Assembly: GCA_040954595.2 (NCBI GenBank)
Contig: CM082591.2
Location: 8,596,380-8,660,379 of the forward strand
Direction of reading: 5' to 3'
DNA length: 64,000 bases
From: Balanoglossus misakiensis
Taxonomy: Eukaryota > Animalia > Hemichordata
The notes beneath the pieces are model-generated. The model was not told the DNA's origin. It searched no databases and saw nothing but the letters and a program-made list of their open reading frames with translations. Of this stretch, positions 63,205-64,000 are shown piece after piece (the stretch's first letter is position 1; each line of letters opens with the position of its first letter). The position numbers were made by a program, and so were the translations under genes.

Positions 63205-63619
63205 TTAATGTAAATCGTCATTTCAAATTCTTGCTTTCAAAATTTGCACAGGTCTAATATGTAAACATTTATGCAATTTGCTGTAGCAGTTGCCTTTGGA
63301 GCTCTGGTGTTAATACAGGTTTTAATCCACTCTCAGCATGAAAATTGAAAAATCAATCTACCAAAGTTAAGTCCGTAATGCCAAATGATTTGCAAGTTCA
63401 ATTAACCTATATTAATGGAGTGATATATCCTGGAAAGTATATACTAGTAACAAAAAATGGAGTGATATATCTTGGAAAGTATATAACAAAATTGGATTTA
63501 AACGCAAGAGCCATTGATCTCATAAATCTCTGAGTGAACTACAGTACATATAGTGGTGTCTTGTTTAAAATGTCTGCTACAATTCATAGCACACTGCCAA
63601 CATTACTACTGTACGTTAA

Positions 63620-63844
63620 AGTGAAGGGGTTGTCGCGCTGCGTTTGTTTATAAACATTACAATTCATCCACAACAAATTAGATCATTCTTAGAATGAACG
63701 AGGCAGCCAACTGTAGTGTAGACTGGGCATGGCAGCAACTGAAGATCCTAGTAGGTCGTGGCGACTGCAGTGGGGTTTGCGCTGGTATGGGAGGGCATAT
63801 TCTCGTCAAGGGGGACCCCCTCGCGGCGCGACGACCCCTTCCCT
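63620..63844. mobile_element. Short Kolobok-type MITE (225 bp, TTAA TSD)
   Basis: ttaa|AGtGAAGGGGTtGTCGCGCtGCG ... CGCGGCGCGACGACCCCTTCCCT|ttaa. Confidence 0.8.
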
Positions 63845-64000
63845 TTAAGTGTTACTGCATCAAATGTAATGAAACTTACCAGAGATATGTCATATAGGAA
63901 TTTGATAAAATTTGTATTGGAATGTTTCTGAGGTTTCTAAAAAAAGTGCAAACATATGCCACGTATATGTATATAACAAATATGAGAATTGCTATAGAAT

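Noticed and set aside
63410-63490. Two copies of AATGGAGTGATATATCYTGGAAAGTATATA
   Set aside because: Simple local ~43-bp slippage duplication with no further structure.

Overview
AT-rich eukaryotic (invertebrate animal-like) DNA. The whole window lies inside one very large, intron-rich, + strand ankyrin-repeat gene; neither its start nor its stop codon is visible. I traced 71 GT-AG exons of 96-132 nt, all phase 0, each encoding one ankyrin repeat (about 2,475 codons, no stops). The exons cycle through a strict 10-repeat higher-order unit (types a-j). The array grew by tandem duplications of whole multiples of 10 exons: a 10-exon block repeated about 2.4 times at ~5.2-22.3 kb, and a 20-exon block at 25030-45098 / 45106-63036. 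Introns carry a deleted DIRS/Ngaro-type tyrosine-recombinase retroelement, RTEX-like LINEs, TTAA-target Kolobok-type elements, Helentron-type (HINE) elements, MITEs and a 91-bp minisatellite. Most unusual: eight copies of six sequence-unrelated non-coding elements share one architecture. They have TT..AA-type ends, no target duplication at paralogous empty sites, an internal region complementary to both ends, and a long terminal hairpin whose mismatches are tandem G.A pairs capped by GNA/GNNA loops on one strand, which suggests a folded single-stranded DNA substrate. Coordinates were counted by eye; no database searches were run.
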